NCBI GenBank assembly: GCA_030550715.1
Contig: JAUQOU010000001.1
Location: 54,456-118,455 of the forward strand
Length of the DNA stretch: 64,000 nt
Reading direction: 5' to 3'
From: a bacterium
Lineage (GTDB): Bacteria > Calescibacteriota > Calescibacteriia > Calescibacteriales > Calescibacteriaceae
Positions 30,021-38,864 of the stretch are shown here, in pieces. Both the position numbers and the translations under genes were made by a program. Within the stretch, counting starts at the first letter, position 1. Every line of letters starts with the position of its first letter. Below the pieces are notes generated by a model. The model ran no database searches. It was given only the letters and a program-made list of their open reading frames with translations, and was not told the origin of the DNA.

Positions 30021-30701
30021 TCAAATTGACACTTTGAGGTTTTGAATCACTTTATCTGTGAAGCAGGACATTATGAGAAGGTCTGACAATCCCTTACCCT
30101 TTATCATTATATGTTTTCTCAAAATTGCTTCTTTCTCAAATCCAAGCGACTCAAAAATTCTTATCGTGTTGAGCTGATGGAACGGAACCTGTGCTATTAC
30201 TTTTTTAAACCCTCTTTTTACTGCGTTGAAGAACAGCTCAGAAACAATCTTTTTCCCCAGACCAAGGTTTCTGAAATCTTTTGCTACAACTATTCTTATT
30301 TCTGCTACGTGTCTTGTCCAGAAGTAATTTGAAGCGTGAAGTGTTCCATCTGCTACTATCTTATCATTAAAAATCGCTATTATTGGTAAAACTATATCAT
30401 AGTTCAGATTTTCACCCCACTTTATTATCGTTTCTTTTCTTGATACATCATCTCGCAGAAACATTTTATCATCAGAGTCAAGCTTGGAGAAAAAATCATA
30501 AAGGTTGTCAGTGTCTTCTTTTACCATTGGTCTTATTATAACTTCTCTACCGTCTTTGAGAACAAACTTTTTAGGATAATCCGAAAGAAGAGGAAACCTT
30601 TTGAAATATTGCATTTGTGCCTGAGAAACTGTACTTTCCATATCTATATAATAAGTTAATAACGGTTTCAGAAATTTCTTTCTTTTGAAGAAATCAGCCA
30701 T
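30021..30701 (-). CDS. GNAT family N-acetyltransferase with about 90-aa N-terminal extension of unknown function
   Basis: Acetyl-CoA binding motif FRNLGLGKKIVSELF (Q/RxxGxG/A). Confidence 0.6.
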   Translation of the reverse strand: MADFFKRKKFLKPLLTYYIDMESTVSQAQMQYFKRFPLLSDYPKKFVLKDGREVIIRPMVKEDTDNLYDFFSKLDSDDKMFLRDDVSRKETIIKWGENLNYDIVLPIIAIFNDKIVADGTLHASNYFWTRHVAEIRIVVAKDFRNLGLGKKIVSELFFNAVKRGFKKVIAQVPFHQLNTIRIFESLGFEKEAILRKHIMIKGKGLSDLLIMSCFTDKVIQNLKVSI

Positions 30702-30721
30702 AATTTCATTCTTTTCAAAAA

Positions 30722-31601
30722 ATGAAAGTTAGCGGATTTACAATAATAAAGGACGGAGTAAAATATCACTACTACTTTGAGCAGGCAATACTTTCCATAC
30801 TTCCAATATGTGATGAATTCATAATAAATTACGGTGAGAGCGAAGATGAGACATTAGAAAGATTGCTCAAAATAAAACAGAAATTTCCAGAGAAAATAAA
30901 GATAATAAGAACCTTATGGGATGAATCTTTGAGGGAAGGAGGAAAAATTCTATCGATACAAACAAATATAGCACTTGAACTATGTTCTGGCGACTGGTGC
31001 TTTTATATTCAGGCAGATGAAGTAGTTCATGAAAAATATCTCCCGGAAATAAAAAAGAACCTTGAAAAATATCTTGATGAGAAAAATGTTGAGGGATTTG
31101 CCTTAAACTACCTCCACTTTTACGGAAATTTTTTCACTTACTTTGATAGGAGACCTTTTTACAGGAGAGAGGTGAGGATAATAAGAAATAACGGAAGGAT
31201 AAGGTCTGTCAGAGACGCTCAGGGTTTCAGAGTTGATGGAAAAAGAAAACCCCGCGTCAAAATCATAAATGCTTATATATACCACTACGGCTGGGTCAGA
31301 CCTGAAAAAATTATGCTTGAAAAAATGAAAAATATAGATAGATACTGGCACGATGATGATTGGATTTCTGAAAGATATAAAAAAAATAACCAGAGTATTT
31401 CATAATTTCGAGGGAGCGAAATTTTTTCGTGGAGAACACCCAAAGCTTATGCAAGATATTATAGCTAAAGCTGACTGGCAAATTATACCTTCTCCCGAAG
31501 ATATAAAGATAAAATCACCTTTTAAATTTCTTCTCAACTTCATAGAAGAGAAAATTTTGAAAACCCAGATTTTTGAGCATAAAAACTTCAAACCAATTTG
31601 A
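30722..31601 (+). pseudogene. Glycosyltransferase-like (GT-A fold) gene split by a +1 frameshift at an A8 homopolymer (31379-31386); two ORFs, 30722-31405 and 31353-31601
   Basis: The 227-aa ORF ends 20 nt after an A8 run. The 82-aa ORF in the next frame covers the same A-run and continues (...KDIKKITRVFHNFEG...) with no RBS of its own. WCFYIQADEVVHE is a DxD-like motif. It could be a real pseudogene, a phase-variable gene or a sequencing error. Confidence 0.45.
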
Positions 31602-31632
31602 AATTGCTTATAGCAAAATTTAACTTTTAATT

Positions 31633-32388
31633 ATGCCCTTGCCAATTTCTGTTGCTATAATAACTCTAAACGAAGAAAATTTTATAGGCGATTGCATAAG
31701 AAGTGTTCTTGATATAGCAGACGAAATTCTGGTTGTTGATTCTTTCTCTTCAGATAAGACAGCTGAAATTTCTGAATCTCTCGGAGCAAAAGTGATAAGA
31801 AGGGCTTTTGATGATTTCTCTGAACAGAAAAACTTTGCTCTGAATATGTGTAAAAACGATTGGGTCCTTTTCCTTGACGCAGACGAACTCCTATCTGAAA
31901 AAGCAAGACAAGAAATAAGAAAAATAGATTTCTCTTCTACCGATTTTTCCGGCTTCAAGATGAGGAGGAAAAATTTTTATCTCGGAGCTCATGTGAGGGT
32001 CTGGGATGAGTGGGTTCTTCGGCTTTTCAGAAAATCAAAAGGTAGATGGGTCGGAAAATATGTTCATGAAAAAGTCCATCTTGACGGAAAAATTGGGAAA
32101 CTTAGTGGAGAAATAATTCATTTCCCATATCATTCGGTATATGAACACTTTCAGAAAACTTTGAAGTTTGGTCTGCTTTCCTCAAACAAAAAATATGAAG
32201 AGGGAGAAAGATTTTCATTGAAAAAGTTGCTCTTTTATCCTTTTTGGGCTTTTTTCAAAACACTCATTCTAAAAAATGGCTTTAAAGACGGAGTAAGAGG
32301 ATTAATAATATCATACTCGGCTATGATAGATAGGATTGTGCGTTATTCTCTTTTGTGGGAAAGAGATATTCAGGAAAAGAAAAGATGA
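31633..32388 (+). CDS. Glycosyltransferase family 2
   Basis: ISVAIITLNEENFIGDCIRSVLDIADEILVVDSFSSDKT...LFLDADE (DxD) is characteristic of GT2, of the LPS core WaaE/KdtX type. Confidence 0.8.
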   Translation: MPLPISVAIITLNEENFIGDCIRSVLDIADEILVVDSFSSDKTAEISESLGAKVIRRAFDDFSEQKNFALNMCKNDWVLFLDADELLSEKARQEIRKIDFSSTDFSGFKMRRKNFYLGAHVRVWDEWVLRLFRKSKGRWVGKYVHEKVHLDGKIGKLSGEIIHFPYHSVYEHFQKTLKFGLLSSNKKYEEGERFSLKKLLFYPFWAFFKTLILKNGFKDGVRGLIISYSAMIDRIVRYSLLWERDIQEKKR

Positions 32389-33193
32389 TTCTGAAAGTGT
32401 AGGTGAAAATTCTCTTCAAAAGAATCCGAAACTCTCCATCTTCTATGTATTTTTTGAATTCGTCTTTTTCAATATATTTTCTCCATCTTGCTATGAACTT
32501 TTTTAGAGCCGACCTTCTGATTTTATCTATATGCTCTGATTTTTCAGATGAACTTTCAAGGTGTATTCCGTATGAGTATGGAGTGTATATTACTTTCATT
32601 CCTGCTTTTCTTATTCGCAAACATAGGTCAAGGTCTTCACATGAAAAAAAGTAATCTGTGCTGAACTTAATTTTTTCAAAAACTTCTTTCCTTATTCCAA
32701 GAACAGCTCCGGTTACTGCTTGAAATTCTCTCTCTTTGTTTGCTGATATGAAACTACTTTCTTTTTTTCTGTATATGTGGATTGGTTCTGAAAATATATT
32801 GAAGCATATTCCTGCGTGTTGAATTTTTTTATCTTCGTAAAGAAGTTTTATACCTACCGCTCCAACATACTCTTTTTGAAGGAGATAAAGAACTGGTTCG
32901 TTCCAGTTTTCTCCTACGAACACATCTTGATTAAGAAATACAAGGTTTTCTCCTTTTGATATTTCCGCTCCTCTGTTGCATGTCTGAGCGAAATCTCCCC
33001 TTGGATTCATTATAACTTTCACATCAAATTTTTCTTTGATATAAAAGAGAAAATCTCTGGAATCAAATCCGTCTGATGATATAATTACTTCAAAATTTCC
33101 TGTTGTATTTGTGTATATATTTTCAAGACACCTTTTGATGAAATTTTCTCCCCTGTAAAATGGTATGATTATGCTCAAATTTCTGCTTTTCAT
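32321..33193 (-). CDS. Glycosyltransferase family 2
   Basis: LSIIIPFYRGENFIKRCLENI...VIISSDGFD is characteristic of GT2. Its 3' end overlaps the convergent GT2 gene by 68 nt. Confidence 0.75.
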   Translation of the reverse strand: MKSRNLSIIIPFYRGENFIKRCLENIYTNTTGNFEVIISSDGFDSRDFLFYIKEKFDVKVIMNPRGDFAQTCNRGAEISKGENLVFLNQDVFVGENWNEPVLYLLQKEYVGAVGIKLLYEDKKIQHAGICFNIFSEPIHIYRKKESSFISANKEREFQAVTGAVLGIRKEVFEKIKFSTDYFFSCEDLDLCLRIRKAGMKVIYTPYSYGIHLESSSEKSEHIDKIRRSALKKFIARWRKYIEKDEFKKYIEDGEFRILLKRIFTYTFRIIFSFPEYLFPTKENNAQSYLS

Positions 33194-33273
33194 TTTTTAT
33201 CTTTTAGTTTTCTATACCTAAGGTGCTTATCTTTTAAATTTTTCAAACTTCAAGGGGTTCATATGAAGTTATT

Positions 33274-34308
33274 TTATTCCGTTAAACTTTTGTATATCTC
33301 ATAGATTTTTTTTGCTGACTTTTCCCACGAGAACATCTTTGCTCTTTTTAACCCTTCTTCTGATAGCTTTTTTTGAAGTTCCGGAGAAGTTAGAACTTTT
33401 TCTGTTTTTTCTGCAATATCTTCTGGTGAATATGGATTGCAGAGTAATGCGGAGTTTCCTGCAACTTCTTCGTGTGCTCCTCCCGAAGATGTTATCACAG
33501 GGCAGGCACAAGCCATAGATTCAACTATCGGAAGTCCAAAACCACCAGATACAGCCGGAAAAAGTAGAACATCTGCCAGATTATATAGTTCAACCATTCT
33601 GTTCTCATCAACATATCCGAGATTTTCGCATCCTCTCACATTTTTTATACCTGCTGATATAAATCTCACCTCTTTCAATCTCATTTTCAGTATATCTATT
33701 GCTTTTGATATGTTTTCTATGTTTTCTACTGTGTCTCCCGTTATCAGAAGAAGAACGATTTTTTCTGATTTTCCAGAGAACTTTTTCTTGATTTCTTCTC
33801 TATTTGGTAGTGGTCTGAACTTTTCAGAAACACCATTATATATCACTATTATCTTTTTCTCATCTATGTTCAATTTTTCTATTATTCTTTTTTTTGAGAA
33901 GTTTGAAATTGTTATGATTACATCTGCAAATTTTACGAAAACTTTTGCTTGTTCTATCTCCTCTTTTTTTTCAAGGTGGTGTATTGTTACGACATATTTT
34001 ATTTTTTTGTTGTCAAGAAATCTATATATTTTTCCGCCGAGCCCGTGGTATATATCAAATTTTTCTCTTAGTATTCCTAACGGCTGACCAAGTATATTGA
34101 AAGTTAATATTTTTTTTACTCTGTGGTAGAGGAAAGGGTATTTTTCTCCATTTTTTATTTTTTTCCATCTTGAAGGTCTAACTCCTACATAAATTTGGTC
34201 AGCCCTATCGATTATTTTAAGAAGATTTTGGGTTATATTTATGCAGTAATTTTTTATTCCTGCTCCTTCTTCGTCAAAGATCTGTGTCCCATCAAGTATA
34301 ACTTTCAT
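33274..34308 (-). CDS. Glycosyltransferase family 4 (GT-B, group 1)
   Basis: C-terminal GT1/GT4 motif FPAVSGGFGLPIVESMACACPVITSSGGAHEEV (E-x7-E). Confidence 0.8.
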   Translation of the reverse strand: MKVILDGTQIFDEEGAGIKNYCINITQNLLKIIDRADQIYVGVRPSRWKKIKNGEKYPFLYHRVKKILTFNILGQPLGILREKFDIYHGLGGKIYRFLDNKKIKYVVTIHHLEKKEEIEQAKVFVKFADVIITISNFSKKRIIEKLNIDEKKIIVIYNGVSEKFRPLPNREEIKKKFSGKSEKIVLLLITGDTVENIENISKAIDILKMRLKEVRFISAGIKNVRGCENLGYVDENRMVELYNLADVLLFPAVSGGFGLPIVESMACACPVITSSGGAHEEVAGNSALLCNPYSPEDIAEKTEKVLTSPELQKKLSEEGLKRAKMFSWEKSAKKIYEIYKSLTE

Positions 34309-34432
34309 ATTACTTGAAAGCTATTTTATGTTTATTTTCAGTTAGTTATAACATTGTAAAACCTTTTTGTTCTGGTAAATCTTTCTATGACTGATTTTTT
34401 TCTATTTTGATTTTTTCATCCGAATTTTCTTT

Positions 34433-35506
34433 TTATATCTGGTTGAAGTTTTCAATTTCATCTTTTATATTTTTTTCCTGAATCCAGAGTTTTTCTTTTA
34501 TTTTTTCTGCAGATTTCAAATTAAGCTTTTCCATAAATTTCAGAGCTTTTTTTACTGCTGGGACAACGTAGGGGAGGAACTTCCTGTTTTTCTTTTCTTT
34601 CCAGATGAACATGAACCTGCCGGCAGCTTTGAGTGTTCTCTGAACAGCACACATTGCATAATGCATTTCAAAATCCTCAGGAACTCTGAAACCTCTCTCT
34701 TCTGATTTTTCTATGTATTCCTTTTTTATTTTTTCCTCGAGGTTTTCGGGCATTTCAACATAGGCATCGCATGTCAAAGAAACAAGGTCATAGACATACG
34801 GACCCATCAGAGCATCCTGAAAATCTAAAATACCAACTCTCCAACCATCAAGACACATAAGATTTTTTGAATGATAATCTCTGTGAGTGAATTTGTAAGG
34901 GGTTTTTGAAAGTGTTTCTGATATTCTCTCAAATTCTTTTTCCATCTCTCTATCTTCTTTCAGCGGGAAGTCCATAAAGTATTCAGCAAAGTGGTTGAAC
35001 TCCCACATCAGCATTCCCTTTGTGAACTCAAGAGAAAAGGCGTAGCAGTTATTGTCTTTTTCTGCGTTCTGCATCATAACAAGCTGTAAGACAGCAGAAA
35101 GGTAGAATTTTTCGGCTTGATTGAAGCCCTTTTCTGATACAAAAACATCGAGAGGTAATGAACCAAAATCTTCAAGCAGAAGTACTTTTTCATCTTGTAT
35201 GAAAATTTCAGGAACCCTTACTTTGGATTTTTTCAGAAATCTCTGAATATTCACAAATGGCATTTCAGTGAAATTTACCTGTTTTTCCATTATCTCCTCA
35301 TAAACTATTCGTGGATCAATTTTCCCTATCACCATTGCTATTTTCGTCTTTTCGTCTTTGAAGTATAATCTGAAATATCTTCGGGAAGATGCATCGGGAG
35401 TCAGAGATTCTATTTTATCAGGTTTTAGGGAATTCTTTTCAAGAAACTCGTTAAGTGCTTTTACATACTCATCTTCTTTCTGATGATTTTTTTTCGTTTC
35501 TGCCAT
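34433..35506 (-). CDS. Phosphotransferase (APH/choline-kinase fold) family; probable sugar or LPS kinase
   Basis: The catalytic loop is HRDYHSKNLM (Brenner motif HxDxxxxN). The metal-binding segment is GILDFQDA. Confidence 0.55.
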   Translation of the reverse strand: MAETKKNHQKEDEYVKALNEFLEKNSLKPDKIESLTPDASSRRYFRLYFKDEKTKIAMVIGKIDPRIVYEEIMEKQVNFTEMPFVNIQRFLKKSKVRVPEIFIQDEKVLLLEDFGSLPLDVFVSEKGFNQAEKFYLSAVLQLVMMQNAEKDNNCYAFSLEFTKGMLMWEFNHFAEYFMDFPLKEDREMEKEFERISETLSKTPYKFTHRDYHSKNLMCLDGWRVGILDFQDALMGPYVYDLVSLTCDAYVEMPENLEEKIKKEYIEKSEERGFRVPEDFEMHYAMCAVQRTLKAAGRFMFIWKEKKNRKFLPYVVPAVKKALKFMEKLNLKSAEKIKEKLWIQEKNIKDEIENFNQI

Positions 35507-35531
35507 TTTTTACTCCGAAATTTTTGGCGGC

Positions 35532-36815
35532 TTGGCTATTTTTTTAAATTTTATAATTTTACTCTACATTTTGATTCTGTATTTTTTCAGAAAATTAAAA
35601 TTTAATTTTGTGAGTCAAGCTGTAAGGAGAAAATTAGAAGAAAAGGAGAAAAAGAGAGTAGCTATTGTTCTTTCAGGTGGTGGTGCGCGTGGAGCATATG
35701 AGGTCGGAGTTCTAAAATATCTTTTTACCGAGTTTCAGAAGGAAACAGGAATATTTCCTGAATTTCACATCTTGTGTGGTACAAGTGTGGGGGCTATTCA
35801 TATAGCTTTCCTTGCATCTTATATAACCAGAATGACAGAAAATATAAGATTGCTCGAGTCAATATGGAAAGGTCTTACGATGGATACGTTTATGAAAATA
35901 GATATTCTATCTATACCAAAAATTTTCTTCGGAGTTAGGGGAGAGAAGCGAGAAAATGTTGCTCTGTTTGATGTGAGTTTTCTCAACGAAATAATATCAA
36001 AAGGTATCAACTGGGAACTTATAAGAAGGAATATATTCGAGGGAATTTTACACTCTGTATGCATTTTTACGACACATATATCAAGTGGTATGACAGTGGC
36101 TTTTATAGATTCAGCCGAGATAATATCTGAATGGAAAAGAGACCCGTTTATGACGTTCAGACAGGTAGCTATAAGACCAGAATATGTTATAGCATCCGCA
36201 GCTATTCCCATAATATTTCCTGCTGTTAATATAGATGGTGAATGGTATTGTGATGGGGGAGTGAGGTTGAACACGCCTCTTTCACCAGCTATAAGGTTAG
36301 GCGCAGATAAGATTTTTTCAGTTGTTTTAAGATATTATGAGCCAAGTATAAAAAAAGAAAGAGAAGAGGTCTATCCAAACTTTTTCTATCTGGTAGGAAA
36401 AATATTTAACGCTCTTTTTATAGATAGAGTAGCGTATGATTTATCTCGCCTTGAAGTAATAAATCACCTTATTTCAACTACGAGAAAATTCATAAGCGAC
36501 GAGGAGTTTGAAAAGATAAATCAAGAGATTTTCAATTTCAGAGGATACTACCTAAAGTGTGTTGATACCATTTTGGTAAAACCATCGGAAGATATAGCTA
36601 AGTTAGCTTATGAATCTGCGAGGAAATATGCTAGGTTCCCAAGCACGAGAAACAAAGCTTTTGTAAAACTTCTTCTTGAGCTTTCTCCAAAAGTTGATTC
36701 TGACTTTATAAGCTACATATTTTTTGACCCTTCCTATTCGTCGGAACTCATAGAATTGGGATATTCAGACGCAAAGAAAATGGCAGACGACATATATAAT
36801 TTTTTTGTAAGTTGA
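35532..36815 (+). CDS. Patatin-like phospholipase
   Basis: Oxyanion loop LSGGGARGAYEVG. Nucleophile elbow GTSVGAI (GxSxG). The catalytic Asp is in CDGGV. An N-terminal transmembrane helix is present. Confidence 0.8.
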   Translation: MAIFLNFIILLYILILYFFRKLKFNFVSQAVRRKLEEKEKKRVAIVLSGGGARGAYEVGVLKYLFTEFQKETGIFPEFHILCGTSVGAIHIAFLASYITRMTENIRLLESIWKGLTMDTFMKIDILSIPKIFFGVRGEKRENVALFDVSFLNEIISKGINWELIRRNIFEGILHSVCIFTTHISSGMTVAFIDSAEIISEWKRDPFMTFRQVAIRPEYVIASAAIPIIFPAVNIDGEWYCDGGVRLNTPLSPAIRLGADKIFSVVLRYYEPSIKKEREEVYPNFFYLVGKIFNALFIDRVAYDLSRLEVINHLISTTRKFISDEEFEKINQEIFNFRGYYLKCVDTILVKPSEDIAKLAYESARKYARFPSTRNKAFVKLLLELSPKVDSDFISYIFFDPSYSSELIELGYSDAKKMADDIYNFFVS

Positions 36816-36878
36816 GATGGAAAATTTTTTGATGAGGATTTTCGGAAGAAATCCGGACTATATCTAAAAAATTTATTT

Positions 36879-37798
36879 ATGTTTGCAAAGGTAATACTTG
36901 GAGATAGCAGAAAAATGAGCGAAATCCAAGAAAGTAGCATTGACTTAGTTATAACTTCTCCTCCATACTGGCATATTAAGGATTACGGCATTAAAAATCA
37001 AATCGGGTACGGACAAAGCTTACACGAATATCTCAAAAGTTTGTATTCAGTCTGGAAAGAATGTTATAGGGTCTTAAAACCTGGTTCAAGATTATGCATA
37101 AATATTGGAGACCAGTTTTTGAGAAGTATAGTTTACGGAAAATATAAAAATATAAAATAGCTCCCTTACACTCCGAAGTTATTGTTCAATGTGAGAAAAT
37201 TGGATTTGATTATATGGGTTCTATAATATGGCAAAAGAAAACCACTATGAACACAACCGGTGGAGCTAATGTTATGGGTTCTTATCCTTACCCTCCTAAT
37301 GGAATGATTGAAATTGATTATGAATTTATTTTAATTTTCAGAAAGCCAGGGAAAAAAGTTGCTCCTTCAAAGGAAGTTAAGGAACTTTCAAAGCTGAATA
37401 AGGAAGAATGGAAAGAGTACTTTTCAGGACATTGGAAATTTGGCGGAGAAAAACAGATAATGCATGAAGCGATGTTTCCAGAAGAACTACCAAAAAGATT
37501 GATAAAAATATTTTCGTTTGTAGGGGATACTGTTCTTGACCCATTTTTAGGTAGTGGTACAACAATAAAAGTAGCTTTAAAACTGAAAAGAAATGCAATA
37601 GGCTATGAGATAAACGAAGCATTTTTACCAATTATAAAGCAAAAAATAGGAGAGGATTCACCCCTATTCAGTGATGTAAAAATAGAGTTTATAAAAAGAT
37701 TAGAAGATGTGAAAATAGATGCGGTTGATTATGTGCCAAATGTAAAAGATGCTAAACCCATCTTAGAACCAAATCTTTTGAAACTTAGAGGGAAATAA
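36879..37798 (+). pseudogene. Beta-class N4-cytosine/N6-adenine DNA methyltransferase disrupted by an 8-bp tandem duplication; two ORFs, 36879-37160 and 37214-37798
   Basis: Motif IV DLVITSPPY is in the N-terminal ORF and motif I LDPFLGSGTT is in the C-terminal ORF, giving the IV-then-I order typical of PvuII-like beta-class enzymes. The ORFs are in different frames. Between them lies AAAATATA AAAATATA at 37139-37154. Removing one copy yields a continuous frame reading ...VYGKYKIAPLHSEVIVQCEKIGFDYMGSIIWQKK... Confidence 0.75.
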
Positions 37799-37907
37799 GT
37801 TATATAAAGTAAAGAGCATATTAAGCGAAGATAAAATTGAACTAAATACCGGGCTTATTGTAAAACTCTTAGGTATAAAAATTCTACCTGAAAAGAAATT
37901 TCAGACC

Positions 37908-38129
37908 TTGGAATATTTAGAAAATTTCGTAAAGGGTAAGGAAATATTTTTGAGGTTTGATCCTTTATACAAGCCATCTGAAAGCTATGTTCCTGCATAT
38001 GTATTTTTAAAAAATAAAATTTTCATAAACAAGGAAATGATTCGTATGGGTTTTGCGGATGTTCAGGATGATTATTTTACTTATAAAGAAAAATTTTTAA
38101 AAGTCCTTAACGAAGTAAAAAATGGCTAA
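37908..38129 (+). CDS. Staphylococcal-nuclease (SNase/thermonuclease)-like domain protein, possibly truncated
   Basis: The C-terminal IFINKEMIRMGFADVQDDYFTYKEKFLKVLNEVKNG resembles the SNase C-terminus (N.E.V..G.A.V.........L..E..AK..G). The frame stays open back to a TTG at 37800, directly after the MTase stop, which would give about 109 aa. The canonical D-x-D...E catalytic residues are not convincingly present. Confidence 0.35.
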   Translation: MEYLENFVKGKEIFLRFDPLYKPSESYVPAYVFLKNKIFINKEMIRMGFADVQDDYFTYKEKFLKVLNEVKNG

Positions 38130-38490
38130 GGAATGGATTTTAAATATAGCAAACTCTCGCTGGGGACTTACAAAGAAAGAAAAGGTGGGTCCAGTTTCTG
38201 AGTGGATAAGAGAATGTAGCCCAAAGGAAATAAACGAATGGGAAGATTATTATTATCAAAAATTAAAGGAATTTTTAACAAAAAGGAAAATTGGGCTTGA
38301 ACCACAGGAATATCTTAGAGAACTTGGTTTGAAACTTTACACGAAAATATCCGAAGTAATAAGAGCAGAAATAGATGAAATAACCGAACAGGATTGTGTG
38401 GACTATATATACGACCTTGTTATAAACAGAACTTTTGACGGCTACATAACAGAGAAAAAACGATTTATGAGCAACTCCAAAAAGCTTTGA
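38122..38490 (+). CDS. Hypothetical protein (122 aa), same operon as the MTase
   Basis: Its ORF shares an ATGA with the next ORF, suggesting translational coupling. No recognisable motifs. Confidence 0.4.
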   Translation: MAKEWILNIANSRWGLTKKEKVGPVSEWIRECSPKEINEWEDYYYQKLKEFLTKRKIGLEPQEYLRELGLKLYTKISEVIRAEIDEITEQDCVDYIYDLVINRTFDGYITEKKRFMSNSKKL

Positions 38491-38783
38491 ATGTAGAGAT
38501 TAAGCCGGATCCTGACGAATGGGATAGGGTTTATAATGTGGATTTCTATATTGAAGTAAATAATAAATTTATAGGTATTCAGATAAAGCCCTCTACTTTT
38601 GAACATGCTCCTGATTATGAAAGAAAATGGCGAGATATTTACAGAGAATCTCTTGAAAAATTTACTGAAAAATTTGGTGGTAAGGTCTTTATTATAGTAT
38701 CCATAAAAAGTGGCGATAAAAAAGAGGTTTACAATAAAGAAGTTATAGAAGAGATAAGGAAAGAAATTGAGCGTTTAAAGTAA
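38487..38783 (+). CDS. Hypothetical protein (98 aa) with possible PD-(D/E)xK-like core
   Basis: VDFYIEVNNKFIGIQIKP gives a D...QxK pattern of adjacent beta-strands. This is weak and based on the motif alone. Confidence 0.3.
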   Translation: MNVEIKPDPDEWDRVYNVDFYIEVNNKFIGIQIKPSTFEHAPDYERKWRDIYRESLEKFTEKFGGKVFIIVSIKSGDKKEVYNKEVIEEIRKEIERLK

Positions 38784-38832
38784 ACGCTTCTGAAATTGAT
38801 CTTTTTCAATCTGGTATTACTTAGAGAGTTCA

Positions 38833-38863
38833 ATTTTGCAACGAATTGCAAAATCTTATTTTT
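38833..38863 (+). terminator. Rho-independent terminator
   Basis: A perfect 9-bp stem ATTTTGCAA / TTGCAAAAT with a CGAA tetraloop is followed by CTTATTTTTG. It lies directly after the 36879-38783 gene string, and the convergent era gene ends at 38865. Confidence 0.55.
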
Positions 38864-38864
38864 G

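Noticed and set aside
31353-31601. Treating the 82-aa ORF as an independent small gene
   Set aside because: It has no RBS of its own and begins inside the preceding ORF. It reads on in the +1 frame across an A8 tract, so a frameshifted continuation of the GT-like gene explains it better.
36879-37798. Treating the two MTase ORFs as separate MTase subunit genes
   Set aside because: Motifs IV and I are split between them in the order of a single beta-class enzyme. Removal of one 8-bp repeat unit fuses them seamlessly.
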